A stretch of 36,083 bases of DNA, from contig CAXIUT010000100.1 in the NCBI GenBank assembly GCA_964035545.1, positions 1 to 36,083 of the forward strand, given 5' to 3'. Both the position numbers and the translations under genes were made by a program. The stretch is from Bugula neritina (lineage: Eukaryota > Animalia > Bryozoa). A model generated the notes under the pieces. It was given only the letters and a program-made list of their open reading frames with translations, was not told the origin of the DNA and searched no databases. Shown piece by piece: positions 12,576 to 25,533 of this stretch (positions within the stretch are counted from its first letter, which is position 1; the number at the start of each line of letters is the position of its first letter).

Positions 12576-13771
12576 TCAAAATGGAAATTTTTGTTGCCAT
12601 TATTTTTGCCAAGTATATTTCGATTATTTTTTAACTTATTCTTTCAGAGTTCCTAAAATAGAATCATTTTTGCTGATTTCTAGTATCCTTGAAGCAAGCT
12701 CTTCTTTTGAATCAAATACAAAACCATTTTTTTTATCTTTAACTAGTTCTGGAAGAGCTGAAAAATTAATAGCCAATACTGGAAGTCCTGCGCCAAACAT
12801 ATCGACAACTTTCATAGGCAAATCAAGACCTGAACTTGAATAGTGTAAACAAACACCAAAATCACAAATTGATAATAATTTTGGGTAATCATCTGCTTCA
12901 AGCCAAATAGCTGTGACACTTATTTTTTTCCAACTATCTTTTTTAGAGTCAATTATTTAGAGATATTTTTGTTTTTATGGACCTTTTCCAGTGATAAAGG
13001 TTCTGATGACTTTTTTTGCATCTTAAGATCGATCATATAATTATAGAGCATCTAGAAGAATGCTAAAATCTTCATCTTTAGTCCATGAAGTACTACTAAC
13101 AAGTAGTAGTTAATCTTTTTATATTTTTTTCTAATTATACTTAGCTAAAAACTTATTTTTATCTTTAACTTATTATATCTGTTTGAATGGTCTATCATAG
13201 AGAGTAGTGGCATTAATTCCCCAATTTTTTTAGAGATCTTCTTTCATTTGATTTGATACACAGAGAAAAGAATGTGCCTTTTTAGCAAAAAAGTGTTCAT
13301 ACCAAGTTGCTACTTGGATGATTATTTTGTTTTTTATGTTGAGATTCAGGATAGTATACCCATAGTTATGAAAATCAATCACTATTTTATATTTAGCTAT
13401 GAATGAAGTCAACCAAATAGCAAAGAGATTCGGAATTGATGGAGGGTTCTTGATAAATAAAGTAATACTTGAATAAGTACAAACTATAGGCTACGATGTT
13501 TCCATCCTAATAAGTATAAAATTTGCAATATTTGTAGAACTATTCTGATAAGAGCATAAAGGTAGAAGGATATTTTTCTTATAGATTAAACTTTTCTAAG
13601 ATGCAGATCAATAAGTTTGATGTTTTAGTTAGAAGTGACTGAACTTCTTGGACTGGTTTCAAAGTATCCCATGAAATAAACTTGATATTCTTTGCTGAGT
13701 TATAAAGCATGGTTTTGCATTCTAGGAGAACGTCCAATATCTCCATAAACAAAGACTCCTACACTTTTCAT
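12576..13771 (-). CDS. ALG1: Chitobiosyldiphosphodolichol beta-1,4-mannosyltransferase
   Basis: Motifs GDIGRSPRMQNHA, QNPPSIP, IDFHNYGYTIL, LYDRP, VSSTSWTKDEDFSILL, ITGKGP, GVCLHYSSSGLDLPMKVVDMFGAGLPV; 20-nt intron 13449-13468. Confidence 0.95.
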
Positions 13772-13907
13772 TTTTGATAATAATAATCAAAGTAAAAAAT
13801 CCACGTATGTGTTTTGAAAAATCTTAAAAGTTTTATTTTATCAGAAATATGAAGATTAGATAATAAAACAGTATAATGTTAGATATAAATGATATATTTA
13901 TTACTTA

Positions 13908-15859
13908 ATGGATAATTTTAATAGGCGCAGGTTAAATACTGAGATATTATCTAAAACAGAGAAGGTACATCTTTCTAATATAGGCTTTAGAGGCAATTAA
14001 ACGATACGACGGAGATAAATCTGGAGTATATTTTAATTTAAATATTGGAGGAAATTCTAGTTCATTACTCAATTAGCTTGATTAAGATTATAGCCGACTC
14101 ACTAATCATAAAGTACTACAACTGGATCATAAATATAGAGTCAGTCTTTTCAGTTATTCTGAAGAATTCTATAATCTAGAAATGAGAAATTATATTTTTC
14201 CTATGAGAGTTGTAATAAAAAATGTTAAAAGTTAAGGAACTATTTTTATAGGATATGATCAAGAATATCCAGGAATATATCAACATAAAAAACTTAAATT
14301 CTTCTAAAACGAATCTCCTTAAAAATAAAAAAATTATGATTCCAAAGCTATCATCAATAGAGATATGATAATAATTTTAAAAAACAAAGGAAATAAAACT
14401 ATCAATAATATATATTTTACTTTGTCTGCAGGAAAGAATATGTTTATGTGTGACTTTAAAGTGTAATTTTTGGGATTTCTTAAAGAATAAAGAACAAAAT
14501 CAGAAATAAAACTTAAATCTGAGAAATCTTAAAATAAACTAAAATCAGGAAAATCTATTTAGATCAATGACAGATCAGGTAAAAACATTCTCTTCCCTGA
14601 AAGAACAAAGACAAATCCAAGTTAATATAATATTAAAGGTTAAAAATAGTTTATTAGATCAAAACTCATTCAGTAACAGGGAGGCAAACCAATAAAATTA
14701 TAAAATCTAACTCTTCTAGATCAAATAGAATTAGCTAAAAAGAATAGTAAGAAAAATTCTCAATTTAATCAAACTGGATCAGGTTCTGCTATATTTGGAA
14801 GGAAATAATTTACAGTTAAAAGTCGAACAACATCAATGAAATAAATAAAAAAATAAAACTTGAAGTCAGAAAGTGATATGAAAATTCAAGAGACTAAAAG
14901 AAATAAAGCTATACTTGAAGAATATCGCTTGAAAGATAAATAATTGAAGTAGACGGCAAATAAATGCAAAAGGATGATAGAAAGTTATAAAGTAATTTTA
15001 TAATAAATTAGAAAACATATAATTAGCAGTGTTTGAAGAAGAGGAAATGGAATAAAAATATAGTTTCTATTCTTTATTGTGCTAATTTTATTAAAAATAC
15101 TTTCAAATTAACTTAAGTAATTTATATTTTATTTAGAAACGAGTCCATAGCTTATCATATCAGATCAAAACTCATTATATATGCAATAAATTTGCTAAAA
15201 AGTTAAAAAAGAAATATCATTAAACTTGTGCATTAGTTCCTTTTCGTTCGAGAAGAACTTCAAATTAAGATCTATCAGCGTTGCATTTATTTACAAAATT
15301 ATTCTTTAAACATGACCACATGAAAGCTCAAAAGATAATAAAAGAAACATTTGATCATATCAATCCTTTGTTAGTTGTAAGACATTCAATTAATGAAGCA
15401 GTTAAGTTTAGAAAGAGTGTTAAGTTGATTCAAAGAGTTTATAAGACTAAGTACCATGGTAGGATGTATTGTTTGCTTTATTTTGTTGATAATCATGTTT
15501 AAAAAACTGTTAAGTAGTATCCTCATTTTCAAATGTTTGTTGATAATTTTTATAAAAGTGGAAGCAACAGACAAATTTGCCTGGATTATATTAAAGACTA
15601 AAGTGAAAAATATCGATTTATCTATTAAGCATACAAGAGAAATTTGGAATAAATTGAATAAATTATCAAAATCAACTTAAATATAGCAATGTAAAAATCT
15701 AAAGTAAAAAATGAATTAGTGGTTCCTCGTAGACCAACTAAACCAATGCATAGATTTTTTAGAAATTCAGATATACTTAAATCAATGGTTAGAAGTTGGT
15801 TCGAAATAGAAAATAAAAAATATACGAAAAAAGAACAAAAGAAAATACGAAACGCATGA
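13908..15859 (+). CDS. Hypothetical basic protein with an IQ-like segment
   Basis: ATG 13908; introns 13965-13983 (19 nt), 14992-15011 and 15117-15136 (20 nt) give a continuous frame to TGA 15857-15859; contains SVKLIQRVYK. Confidence 0.65.
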
Positions 15860-15918
15860 TCTTTATCAATTATTTATCGCAACTTTTTAAAAATATAAAT
15901 AATTAGTTTTATAATAAA

Positions 15919-16791
15919 ATGAAAACAGATAAATATTAGTTTGATTTTAATATCAGCAATGAATCGAAGAAAAAGTCATAATAATAATCTCTTCTATTAG
16001 TAGTAAAAGATATATTTCCTTATTTAAAAGTTAAGTCAATAACTTTTATTCTTTAATTAATGAGTCTTATTCCTTTAGCAATAGAAGTATGCTTTTCAAC
16101 AGTTATTCCTTAGTAATAAAATCAGTATAAAAATACATTTGTTGTCTTATTCCGATTCCTTTTTGAAAGTATAATCTTTTTAAGATTATCGAGTTAGTAC
16201 TAAACTCGATTTGGGCTTAAATACTATTCAGCTATTTTAGTCATTATTGTAATAATGCATATTTTTTGTCTAATTGTTGTTGGAACGATCAATATTTACC
16301 TTTTAGTGAATAGTTCATCTTTATTGGCAATTTATATTCTAACTTTAGTTGATTTCGATCGATTCAAGGAGAGCGATATCATATAATTTTAAAAATAATA
16401 AAAAGTGATAGAAAATTACGACCTTCTTGACTTAAATGATACAATAATCAAATTAAAACCCAAAGACAATAACTTTTCTTATTAAAGCTACACAAATCGA
16501 TAGTTCTATAAACATAACATGAGCTCTTCTCAGACTAAATCTAAAAATATAGCAAAGAAAGCTAATAATAAATCAAAGAAAAAACACTCAAATCTTCTAT
16601 CTACTATAATTGACTAAAATTTAGTTTCTTCAGAACATTAATCATTTGAAATAAAAGTATACAAAATAGTTTTTTTTCATTTTGTTTTATTTTCTTCAAG
16701 AGAATTTATATTTTTCTTGATCTTAGTGATAGTATAAGTAGTGGTGTACTTGTCAGTGTCGAAAAAAGTAATAAAAAAGATTTTCGAATGA
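15919..16791 (+). CDS. Multi-pass membrane protein (290 aa), faintly rhomboid-like
   Basis: ATG 15919 and TGA 16789-16791 in frame; several hydrophobic segments separated by a polar loop. Confidence 0.6.
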
Positions 16792-16845
16792 TTTTTTTAT
16801 TGATTAAACAATAATTAAAGACTTTTATAATTATTAAGTTCAACA

Positions 16846-17400
16846 ATGGCAAGTAACAGATAGCTTGATATAGGCAATTTAACTTTGTCTGATTATAACG
16901 CTGTTAAAACAGGAGCTGATCTTGCCTAAACTAATTAGCATATTACTGTCCAATTGGTAGGTAACTTGCAATTCATCCTTAACTCATTAGTCGAAGAAAA
17001 AAAGAAATAAATCATGGCAGTATAAGTCTTACCAGAAGAAGAACAGATTCATGATTTCGAAAAGCCTAAATTATTCCTTAAATTACCTCAAGGAACTACT
17101 GTTTTTCCCAGAAGTAGAAAGTTACCTGCTGCTAAAAAATAATCTAAATGGTAGAAATTTGCTAAAGAAAAAGGAATAAAGAAGAAGAAAAAAGCTGGAA
17201 TGTCATATGATCCAACTTTGAAAACTCAGGTAGCTCGATGGGGCAAAAAATCAAAAACTAACAAGATGGAACCTCCAGTTATGTAGGAGAAGGTATTTGG
17301 TCGTAATCCTTTCACAGATACTAAGAATGAGAAGAAACTAAGAGTATTTAACAATAAGTTGAAGCAAACTAAGAACAGATCAAAAAGACATGCAAAATGA
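16846..17400 (+). CDS. RRS1: Ribosome biogenesis regulatory protein (184 aa)
   Basis: LDIGNL, LPQGTTVFPRSRKLP, SKWEKFAKEKGIKKKKK, YD...RWG and NPF motifs. Confidence 0.9.
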
Positions 17401-17411
17401 TAAATGAGATA

Positions 17412-18323
17412 TCAATTTTATTAAAAATCAAACTATATTTTATCTTGACTTTTATCATGCATAAGAGGAATGCTATCTACCTTATAGAACTTACCATTGA
17501 TATCACTATTAAATCTATTTCTTGTTGGATCTAATTCATATGATTTTTAATCTTTTAGTAGAAAATTTCCTCTTCTTGTTGATGATTTAAATTGCCAAGA
17601 TTTCTATTAGATTGTTTAATAATATCTACTTCTGGCAGATAGAGTTTGTTCTTATTTATAACTTCCAGGTCCAGGAACGTTATTGATGTTATAGAGGTTT
17701 CCTTTAGTCTATCTGTATTTAGACCATTAAACTCCTCTTGCTTGCTGACTAGGCTTCATATGTTTAAGAAGAAAGTGAAGTCTTTATCTTTATTTTTTAT
17801 ATAATTTAAGACTATTTACGGTTTATAAACTACATCTGGCTCTTTCCAAGATGTCAGTTTGAACTCCATCGTGTTGAACTAGAAGATTGATTTTAAGATT
17901 TTATTATTAATTATTTAATATTTAACTGAGTTTTTTAATTCTATTTTTCATTCCTTCTTCAAGATTTTTGCTTTTTCGATAATTTTTTTAATTTTAGTTA
18001 TTGTTTACTGTAGATTTATCATTAATAGTTTAGCTAGTATCTTTTTTTTATTATCTAAATGACTTGAATCTGGGTTCTATACTTTGAAAAGCTGGAGATG
18101 CTTTCTAATTTACTTTTATTATTATTGTATTATTATTTTTACGAATAGCTTAGAATTTTGGCTTTACGATCGGTAGGCTGATATTGTATTGACCTGGACC
18201 TACAGAACATCTTTGAGACTAATCTGGTAAGCGACGATGTTGTTTGGATTGAAAGACAGTAGAAGGGATAGAATGGAGTTCTTTATTTTTGGATTTAGAA
18301 AATAATCTTTTTGCTTCTCTCAT
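17412..18323 (-). CDS. SHIPPO/STPG (PGPGxY) repeat protein, likely ciliary
   Basis: Open frame from ATG 18323 to TGA 17414-17412, with VGPGQYN, SPAFQSIEPRF, VPGPGSY and FKSSTRR. Confidence 0.7.
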
Positions 18324-18492
18324 ACCTTACTTTATAACAAATTATATTGTTTAAAGTTTGTTAATTTTATTATTTTTAATTTAATATAACTCAAAAAAAT
18401 GAATATTAAGATTATTTAATGATCTATTGATAAAATTGAATTTTAATAAAAGTGAACTATTATAAATTCTCAGTTCATAAATTACATAAGTC

Positions 18493-20158
18493 ATGATGAG
18501 CAGTAGTGATAGTTAACGTTAATCTCACAGAAACGATTAAAGAAGTAGATCTCGATAGAAAGAGCGAAGAGGCTATGAAGGTAATTTTGAAGTTATGTAG
18601 GTCGTGATAAAAAAGTTAAGATTAAAATACCTGATCTTTCAGGAGCTATCTATTCTATGAAACAGTTTAGTCTTTTACAGGTAAATTTGAGATGATGTAG
18701 ACTGAAAAAATCAATCCTGATACTATTCAGAAGGGATATGATAAATATAAGAGGGATTGGTAAAGGAGGCAAGATGAAGAATTTATCAACTCTTGTAAAG
18801 TAATTCTGACATTATGTAGAATGACGCATGGTTCAATGAAAAGTATAATCCTGAACTTTTGGATTTACATGAAAAATAAAAGAGGGAATTGGCGCTCAAA
18901 AACTATTAATAGTTCATTTCCCGGTTGAAAAATGGGTTTTATAGCTAAATAAACCTAAGAACAGAAGAGCTGGTACTTTTTTATTGATTTAGAATGATAT
19001 TGGAACTGTTTACTAACAAGAAGAAGACTAGGAAATGAATAATGGTCTTAGTAGCTTTATAAATAATCAAACTATTGAGATCATTGTGAGTCATAATATT
19101 AATTTGACAAAGAAGCCATATTTTGGGTTTGATCCTGATGAAGCTACTTTGTTTGTGAAAGGGCTATCTAAAGAAATATCAAGATATGATATGAAATCTG
19201 CTTTATAAAATATCAAAGGATGGAAGTCTATTGCTATGTCAGATCCTTTGAAAAGAGCTAACTATACAAGAAACTGCTGGATTTAATTCTAAAGTGAAGA
19301 GGACTGTCAAGCTGCTCTGATAGTGATGAATGGATTAATCATTAAAAATACAACATTAAGTGTTTCTAAAGCATACACAAAAGTCAAAAGAATAAAAGTG
19401 CTTAAAAACTATCCATCATCTAGAATAATAACAGATATTACAACTATGATTAAGTTGATAAATAAATTAGATACGCAGGTTGGTATTATTGCTAATAACT
19501 ATATTTTTGACTGCTTTTATGAGACACCTCAACAAAAGTATGATATCTTATTACTTTACTTGAGAAGAATACATTATTTTGACTTCTATACTTGCACCCA
19601 ATTCTAAAATGAAAGGATTCTAACGCTGAAGATTGGTTCTGCTTTTCTTAGAATAGAAGCTGAATATTAGGAGTTAGCTAATACTCAAACTGTATTCAAA
19701 AAGATTCAATAAAATGCATAGAAAAAGATAGAATAGATCGCTGAGGTGCCTGAATATATGAAATTACTACGAGAGTAGGTTTAAAAGTTCATCAGAGAGA
19801 ATTAAAAGCTATCAAGAGATGAAGTAAAAGAGATTTGGAAATGTCAGTTTTGCGATAAAAAGTTTAAAACTTGTGAGTTTTTAACAAAACATATAATAAC
19901 AAAACACGACTAAATCAAACAGAAGGTAATTATTTTAATATTTAGAAAATACAAATAGTGATGGAACAGCTGTACTTCAAGGATCCTTTCAGAATAACGA
20001 ACTATTATATCAGAGATTAAAACAAAATCAGAAAGAACTTCAGTGGAGGCTATAAAAGAGATAGAAAGAAGTAGCCTTATCGTGATTTTGATGAACCAGA
20101 GGTTGAAGTAAATGTCAAAGTAGGATCCAAATCACTGATTAACTTCTTGGATATATGA
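18493..20158 (+). CDS. SRRT: Ars2/SERRATE RNA effector
   Basis: MKQF..YDKYK..WFNEKYNP, an RRM (TLFVKGLSKEISRYD), YDILLLYLRRIHYFDFY, C2H2 finger WKCQFCDKKFKTCEFLTKHIITKH and C-terminal YRDFDEP. Five 20-nt introns: 18581-18600, 18681-18700, 18800-18819, 18973-18992, 19926-19945. Confidence 0.9.
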
Positions 20159-20232
20159 TTTCTGTTCATTGTCATATATATTTTTATTGTTAGCAGTTAT
20201 TGATATTATTATTAACGTTTTTATAATTGCAC

Positions 20233-21116
20233 ATGCATCAAGTTTAAAGTGAAGAGGATAATTCATAGAAAGAGACTCTAGAGAGGAGCTTTTGCAAAAG
20301 AATTTAACTGGTAAATCAACAGTAGACATTGATTCGATACAAAAAAATGATTTAAGAATTCGAACTAAAAGTTATTTAATCAAATGATGAGATTAAACGA
20401 CTTAATATTGCTCTTACAAAACAGTAACAGAAATAACACAAGAAAACTATCTATTTCAAGTCAATTATGTATATGATATTTAAGATAGTGATGATTTATA
20501 ATAAAAGATTGAAGACTATCGATTCAAGATGAAAGATATGGAGGGGACAAAAGCAAGAAAAAAGAATGGAAAAAGACAAAATAATGAAGGATAATTATCA
20601 ATGCTATTATCCAATTAAGGTTTTGAAAGTTAAAATAAAGAAAATATCAATTCTTTTAATACTGATTATTAACCTTGCAGGAATCCTAAATGTGTAAATA
20701 TTATAAAAAATATTCATTTTTAGTGTGAATCAATAACAAAAAATATATAAAAAATGATTAAATCGTTAAATATCAGACAATTTAATGAAGTTGAGTTTTA
20801 TCAGGAAAATATGAAAAAAGAAAGATAAAAGAGAAAAGGTGATTAAAATAAAAGCTCATTATATATCTTAAAACAACTACAACTCAAAATCAATGAACTA
20901 GAATCAATTTGGAAGAACGAATCGAGTAAAAAAGAATAAACTGAACCTTTTTTTGAAAGTATTAAAAATATCAAAGCAAAGCAAGCTAATCTCGTTCGAA
21001 TACCTTTTCTCTAGAAAGTAAAAGTTGAGGAAAACAAAAAATAGTGCTCAAAGATTGTGAAGGAATGCAGATAGAAAAAGGATCGGATAGAATATAATTT
21101 GAAAGTTAAGAAATGA
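20233..21116 (+). CDS. Coiled-coil protein
   Basis: ATG 20233, 20-nt intron 20469-20488, TGA 21114-21116; heptad-like E/K-rich sequence. Confidence 0.6.
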
Positions 21117-21167
21117 TTAAATATTGTATATTTATATAATTAAGCGGGTGTAACTATCGATTGGCAA

Positions 21168-22538
21168 ATGGAAGTCTAAAAATACTTTTTTTCTTTAGCA
21201 TAACCTTCTTTAAAATGTCCTAAAGCAAAACCTATATTCTCCTGTCTTTACACAATCTCTGTTGCAGCATCTTGCTTTTTAGCAATGATGATAATATTCG
21301 GCTACCTTATAATTCTTCCAAATAATAATGTTTTGAGTAAATGTCTGAGGGATACTAAACTATAAATAGACAAAGAAGCATTTTATTTTGTACATACTTC
21401 TAAAATAACAGAAGAACTAATTTTGAATAAAGTTAATGAAACTTGGAGATCTGATAATTGTTTTGTCATAAAGAATAAAAAGAATAACTCTGATGATGAA
21501 GAAATGTTATCTTTTGGATGGGACTTTTTAGGAATGGCAATGAATTTGGATAAAAGAAACTCTCTGAACTATAATAACTATACTATCTTTTTGAATAATG
21601 AACATTTTATGTATAATTTCTTTAATTTGGATAATTTAGTTATCAATGAATTACTTAGTGACGATTTTTAAACTTAGTTTTTCAAGACAGACTTCATTAA
21701 ATGGTCTAGAGGAAGAATTATAAATATCTAAAAACAAACTTCATGGCTAGATAGAATAATTGAACTATTTAAAGTGACTTTTATTTATATGGTTCTATCT
21801 ATTGTTATAAATGTAGGGAGCTGTGCGATAATTGGGATGTGTTTATCTTAATTTATAGCTTTAAATGGGTGTTTAGGTCCTGAAATAAATTTTGCAAGGG
21901 AGATGCCTTGCTTTGGTATGCAAACAATTATCCAAGCAGCTTCAAGAATTAGATCTCTAAAAAGTTCTAAGATATTTATAGGTTGTGCTCTTTTTTTATA
22001 TTTTCACTTCTTATGGATTTTAGGTCAGGTTTATGAAGTAGAAATCACATTTCTTTTAGATCAGAATCATAAAAATTTTACATTTCTAGCAAATTTCAGA
22101 CTAACAATCTTTATTTTCGAATATTGTTCACTTATATGGATGAGAACAAGAACTTTTCTTCAACATTTTCCTCTCATTCAAACTATATTAATGATAACAG
22201 TCCTCCTTTACTCTCAGATAAGTGAAGCAGGTTTTACAGTCAACGCTTGTTGGCTTGCTTTATCAGTTGGTTCTGCCATATTTTGTAAAATGATCATAAT
22301 ATATGAGATTCCTGCTCAGACTGAATGGAATCCTGATAGTTAATATACTCCTACTAAGACTAGACCTAGGATAGGATATAATCCTTTGTTCTATATGAGT
22401 TGGGTTAAGAGTCTTCCTGATGAATGGACCTTGTTGATGCCTTTGTTTGGTCGGTAAAAGTTTTCAGAACAAGAATTGTTTGTGGTTGATAGGAAGATGT
22501 AAGAGTTGGGCTAGCTTTTAGGCAACAGAAGACAATGA
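21168..22538 (+). CDS. Membralin (TMEM259)-like membrane protein
   Basis: Single frame joining supplied ORFs 21423-21671 and 21903-22343; multiple TM segments and membralin-like C-terminal motifs (EYCSLIWMRTRTFLQHFP...GF...YEIPA). Confidence 0.7.
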
Positions 22539-22604
22539 TAATTCATGTGTTGTTATGATATTATTAGATTGATTAATGATGAATATACACATTATTGATA
22601 ATAA

Positions 22605-25185
22605 TCATCTTCTCATTTTGAGTTTATCTTCCATAAAGAAGATGAGATCTTTGACGTCTGATCTATCTTTGAATTTGTAGATGGTATCAATTAGTTTGTT
22701 GATTGGACCTGACTCCATGATTCTGACTACTTCAGGTTTGAATTGGGCATTATTAGAGTAAAAGAGAGCGCAGTCACAGACTAAAGTCAGACAGTTTCTG
22801 AGATAATCCTAAATAGATATATATATACCACTGTAGGTTTAAGTTGAACATCACAACTTTTGACAATAAAGGTACATATAAATGGGAAATGATTTGCCAT
22901 TTTAGGGTTACAAAATTCATGGTCATTCACTGCAAAAACTATGCAGTGATACATTTAAATCAGTGATTATTTAAGTTCTTAGGCATATTGTTTTTAATTT
23001 TATAATTCTGAAAAACTATAAACTGCATTGAAACAATTTTATACTATTTCTAGGAGAGTATCAATGTAATTTTAGGTTTGCTTTTTGAGACCTAAAGCTA
23101 AATCTCCAAAACACTTTAATATTTATGTTTTTAGCTATCTGTCTAGATTTTGTTTCATGTATAAAACTAGCTGTTGAAATATTTTTGACATCTAAGGAAT
23201 CAAATAATGATCATGATTTCTGGCAATATCCATAATACATGATAGACTTGTTTTAAAAATTATTTTTTGATCATAGAGCGTGAGTCCATTCAGTATGACT
23301 GGCCAATATTTTTAGAATTTATTTTTAAAATCTTTTCGATAGCAAATAGCTGCTGCACTGATCATATTGATGCTTTATGATTCTGTTCCATAGGAACGTA
23401 GATGTTGATCGATAAGGGAAAAGACCATCTCTTTTAGTTGTGCTTTTGGAAGATGATTCTTAGAAACAGCGAGAAGACAAGTATGAATAACACTCATGAG
23501 TTGATCAAGAACAATATTTTTGTCTGGAATATTCATTTGACTGAATTCTTGATATTTCATAATTAAATGTAGAGCTAGTTAATTGATGATGGGAGTATTA
23601 TTAGTTGCCATTATGATGTTCATTAAGATTATGACTGCTTTGTCGAGCTAATCTTTATTAGCTGATTTAGATAGTCCATCAAGCATCATAATAAGCAATT
23701 ACTTAATGATTTGTTCAGGATCATTGGCAATTGGTTCAGGAAATTGTTTTAAAACTTAAGTAATATTACCTAAAATAGTCAAACTTAAAACTCTAACGAG
23801 ATCATCTGTGCTTGAGCCCATTTTAAGAAGATATTCAAAAATAAGTTTTATATCTTGATTTCCCATGAAAACTTCTGGAAAAAATTATGAGAGAGTGACT
23901 AATCCGCTTAAAGAATTTCTAATAACAACAATTTATTTATCTTTGAGAAGGTTTATGAAGAATCCAAATGCTTTTCTAAAGTTATCTTAAATCTAATTTT
24001 TATCAGGATAATTAACTAGACAACTAAAAAGTAGGACTGTTGCTTGTCTTTACCCCGCATTATTACTCTCCACAACAGTTTATACTCCATTTATTAACAT
24101 ATTTAACATCTATCTATCTGCACACTACATGAAAAACGTCAGAGTTGAAACTGCTGCTTCTCTTAGTTCTGAAAAATCAACATCCTTTTCATTAGTAATG
24201 ACAATTAGACTCATAATTTACGTTTGTATATCTTTATATGAATTACTGATATAATTAGTTAGTTTGTTATTTTGACTATTTATTCTTTCGTTTATTTCCT
24301 GTGCTCTTTCAAGATATTAGGTAGCTATTGTCTACCAGAGAGAAAGAGCATGTAGAGAATCATCGTTTCTGAGTTGCATGTGTTTGATAGTTATTTCCAC
24401 TATTGAATTTATGTAAGGATCAAGCAGATGATAACAGTGTTTGCAGTATTAATATAAAATTTCATAAACAGCACCTCGAATTTTTTTGTTTTGAATGCAT
24501 CTCATCATAAATTTGATAAGTTCATCACTGAAAGCTTTTGTTTCAAGGATCGAACGAAGAAATTGGATACTATTTCTTAGAGCATTTAGAGAAATTTATA
24601 CGATTTATCCCTATTTTTAAAGTCCAAAGAGAAGACTACCTAAAATTTCTTTTGAAGTATCTTGTTATATTTTAGATTGTGTATTTTTAAGTTCTTAGCA
24701 GATATAGCCCAAAGTAATAACTGATGCTCTTCTAACATTGTAGTCACTATGATGAGAATTTTAAGCAAGTGTAAAGATAATATCGACCCATTCGTTTCTA
24801 GGGACTTAGATTGATACTATCTGCGCTATTGCATTTGCTCCTGCTTTTATTATTACTATATCGACTTCTATCAGAGTTGAGAGAAGCATTTATTTAATTG
24901 TTTGTTTTACATCTCCCGCAATTCTATCCCAAAAAAAGGTGCCTTGCTAATCCTTCGTAAAATAAAGTTTACTTTGAATGATATCATACGCTTGAAGACT
25001 ATGGCTGAAGAGTGCCTAGAAAAGAGTGTTTTTTGTTGATTAGAGATAATTTTAGCTAGGGTGAGGAAAAATTCTGTGTAATTATGAGAAGCTGCTTGGT
25101 AGATTTGTTGCTCTGCATCTTCTCTAATGCTTTTGTTCTCAACTTCTTGAAGTGCTTTGCAAATGAGATCTTCAATGTGATTCAT
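22605..25185 (-). CDS. KPNB1: Importin beta-1 (karyopherin beta 1)
   Basis: IBN_N-like N-terminus, AIAQIVSIEVPRNEW, TLGYICEE and HEAT-like repeats. 20-nt introns at 24953-24972 and 22809-22828 give 847 codons. Confidence 0.88.
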
Positions 25186-25321
25186 CTTAGTTATAAATCT
25201 GATTTTAAGCGCTTATCATAATAACTCCGCTAACTATTAACTACTCTCTAATTAAAAAATCAATATTTTCTTTATTATTTTAAATACTATCTTAACTTTG
25301 ATCACAAGTTTATTTTATCAA

Positions 25322-25402
25322 GGGGTTGGGGTTGGGGTTGGGGTTGGGGTTGGGGTTGGGGTTGGGGTTGGGGTTGGGGTTGGGGTTGGGGTTGGGGTTG
25401 GG
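25322..25402 (+). repeat. Internal (GGGGTT)n telomere tract, intergenic
   Basis: 81 nt of perfect G4T2, oriented as a right chromosome end. Confidence 0.95.
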
Positions 25403-25533
25403 AAAGAGAAGATAAAAATAAAAAGTATTTTGATGAGTTTAATGATTCAAAAAAAAGTATTTTCAGATGATTTGCAAAAAAAGTATTTGATGAGAAAGTT
25501 AAGTTAGATTAAATTAATTATTTCTTTGGGGAA

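Noticed and set aside
25298-25507. Supplied ORF with a (GV)n repeat
   Set aside because: Translation of the telomere tract in an intergenic region; non-ATG start and no coding context.
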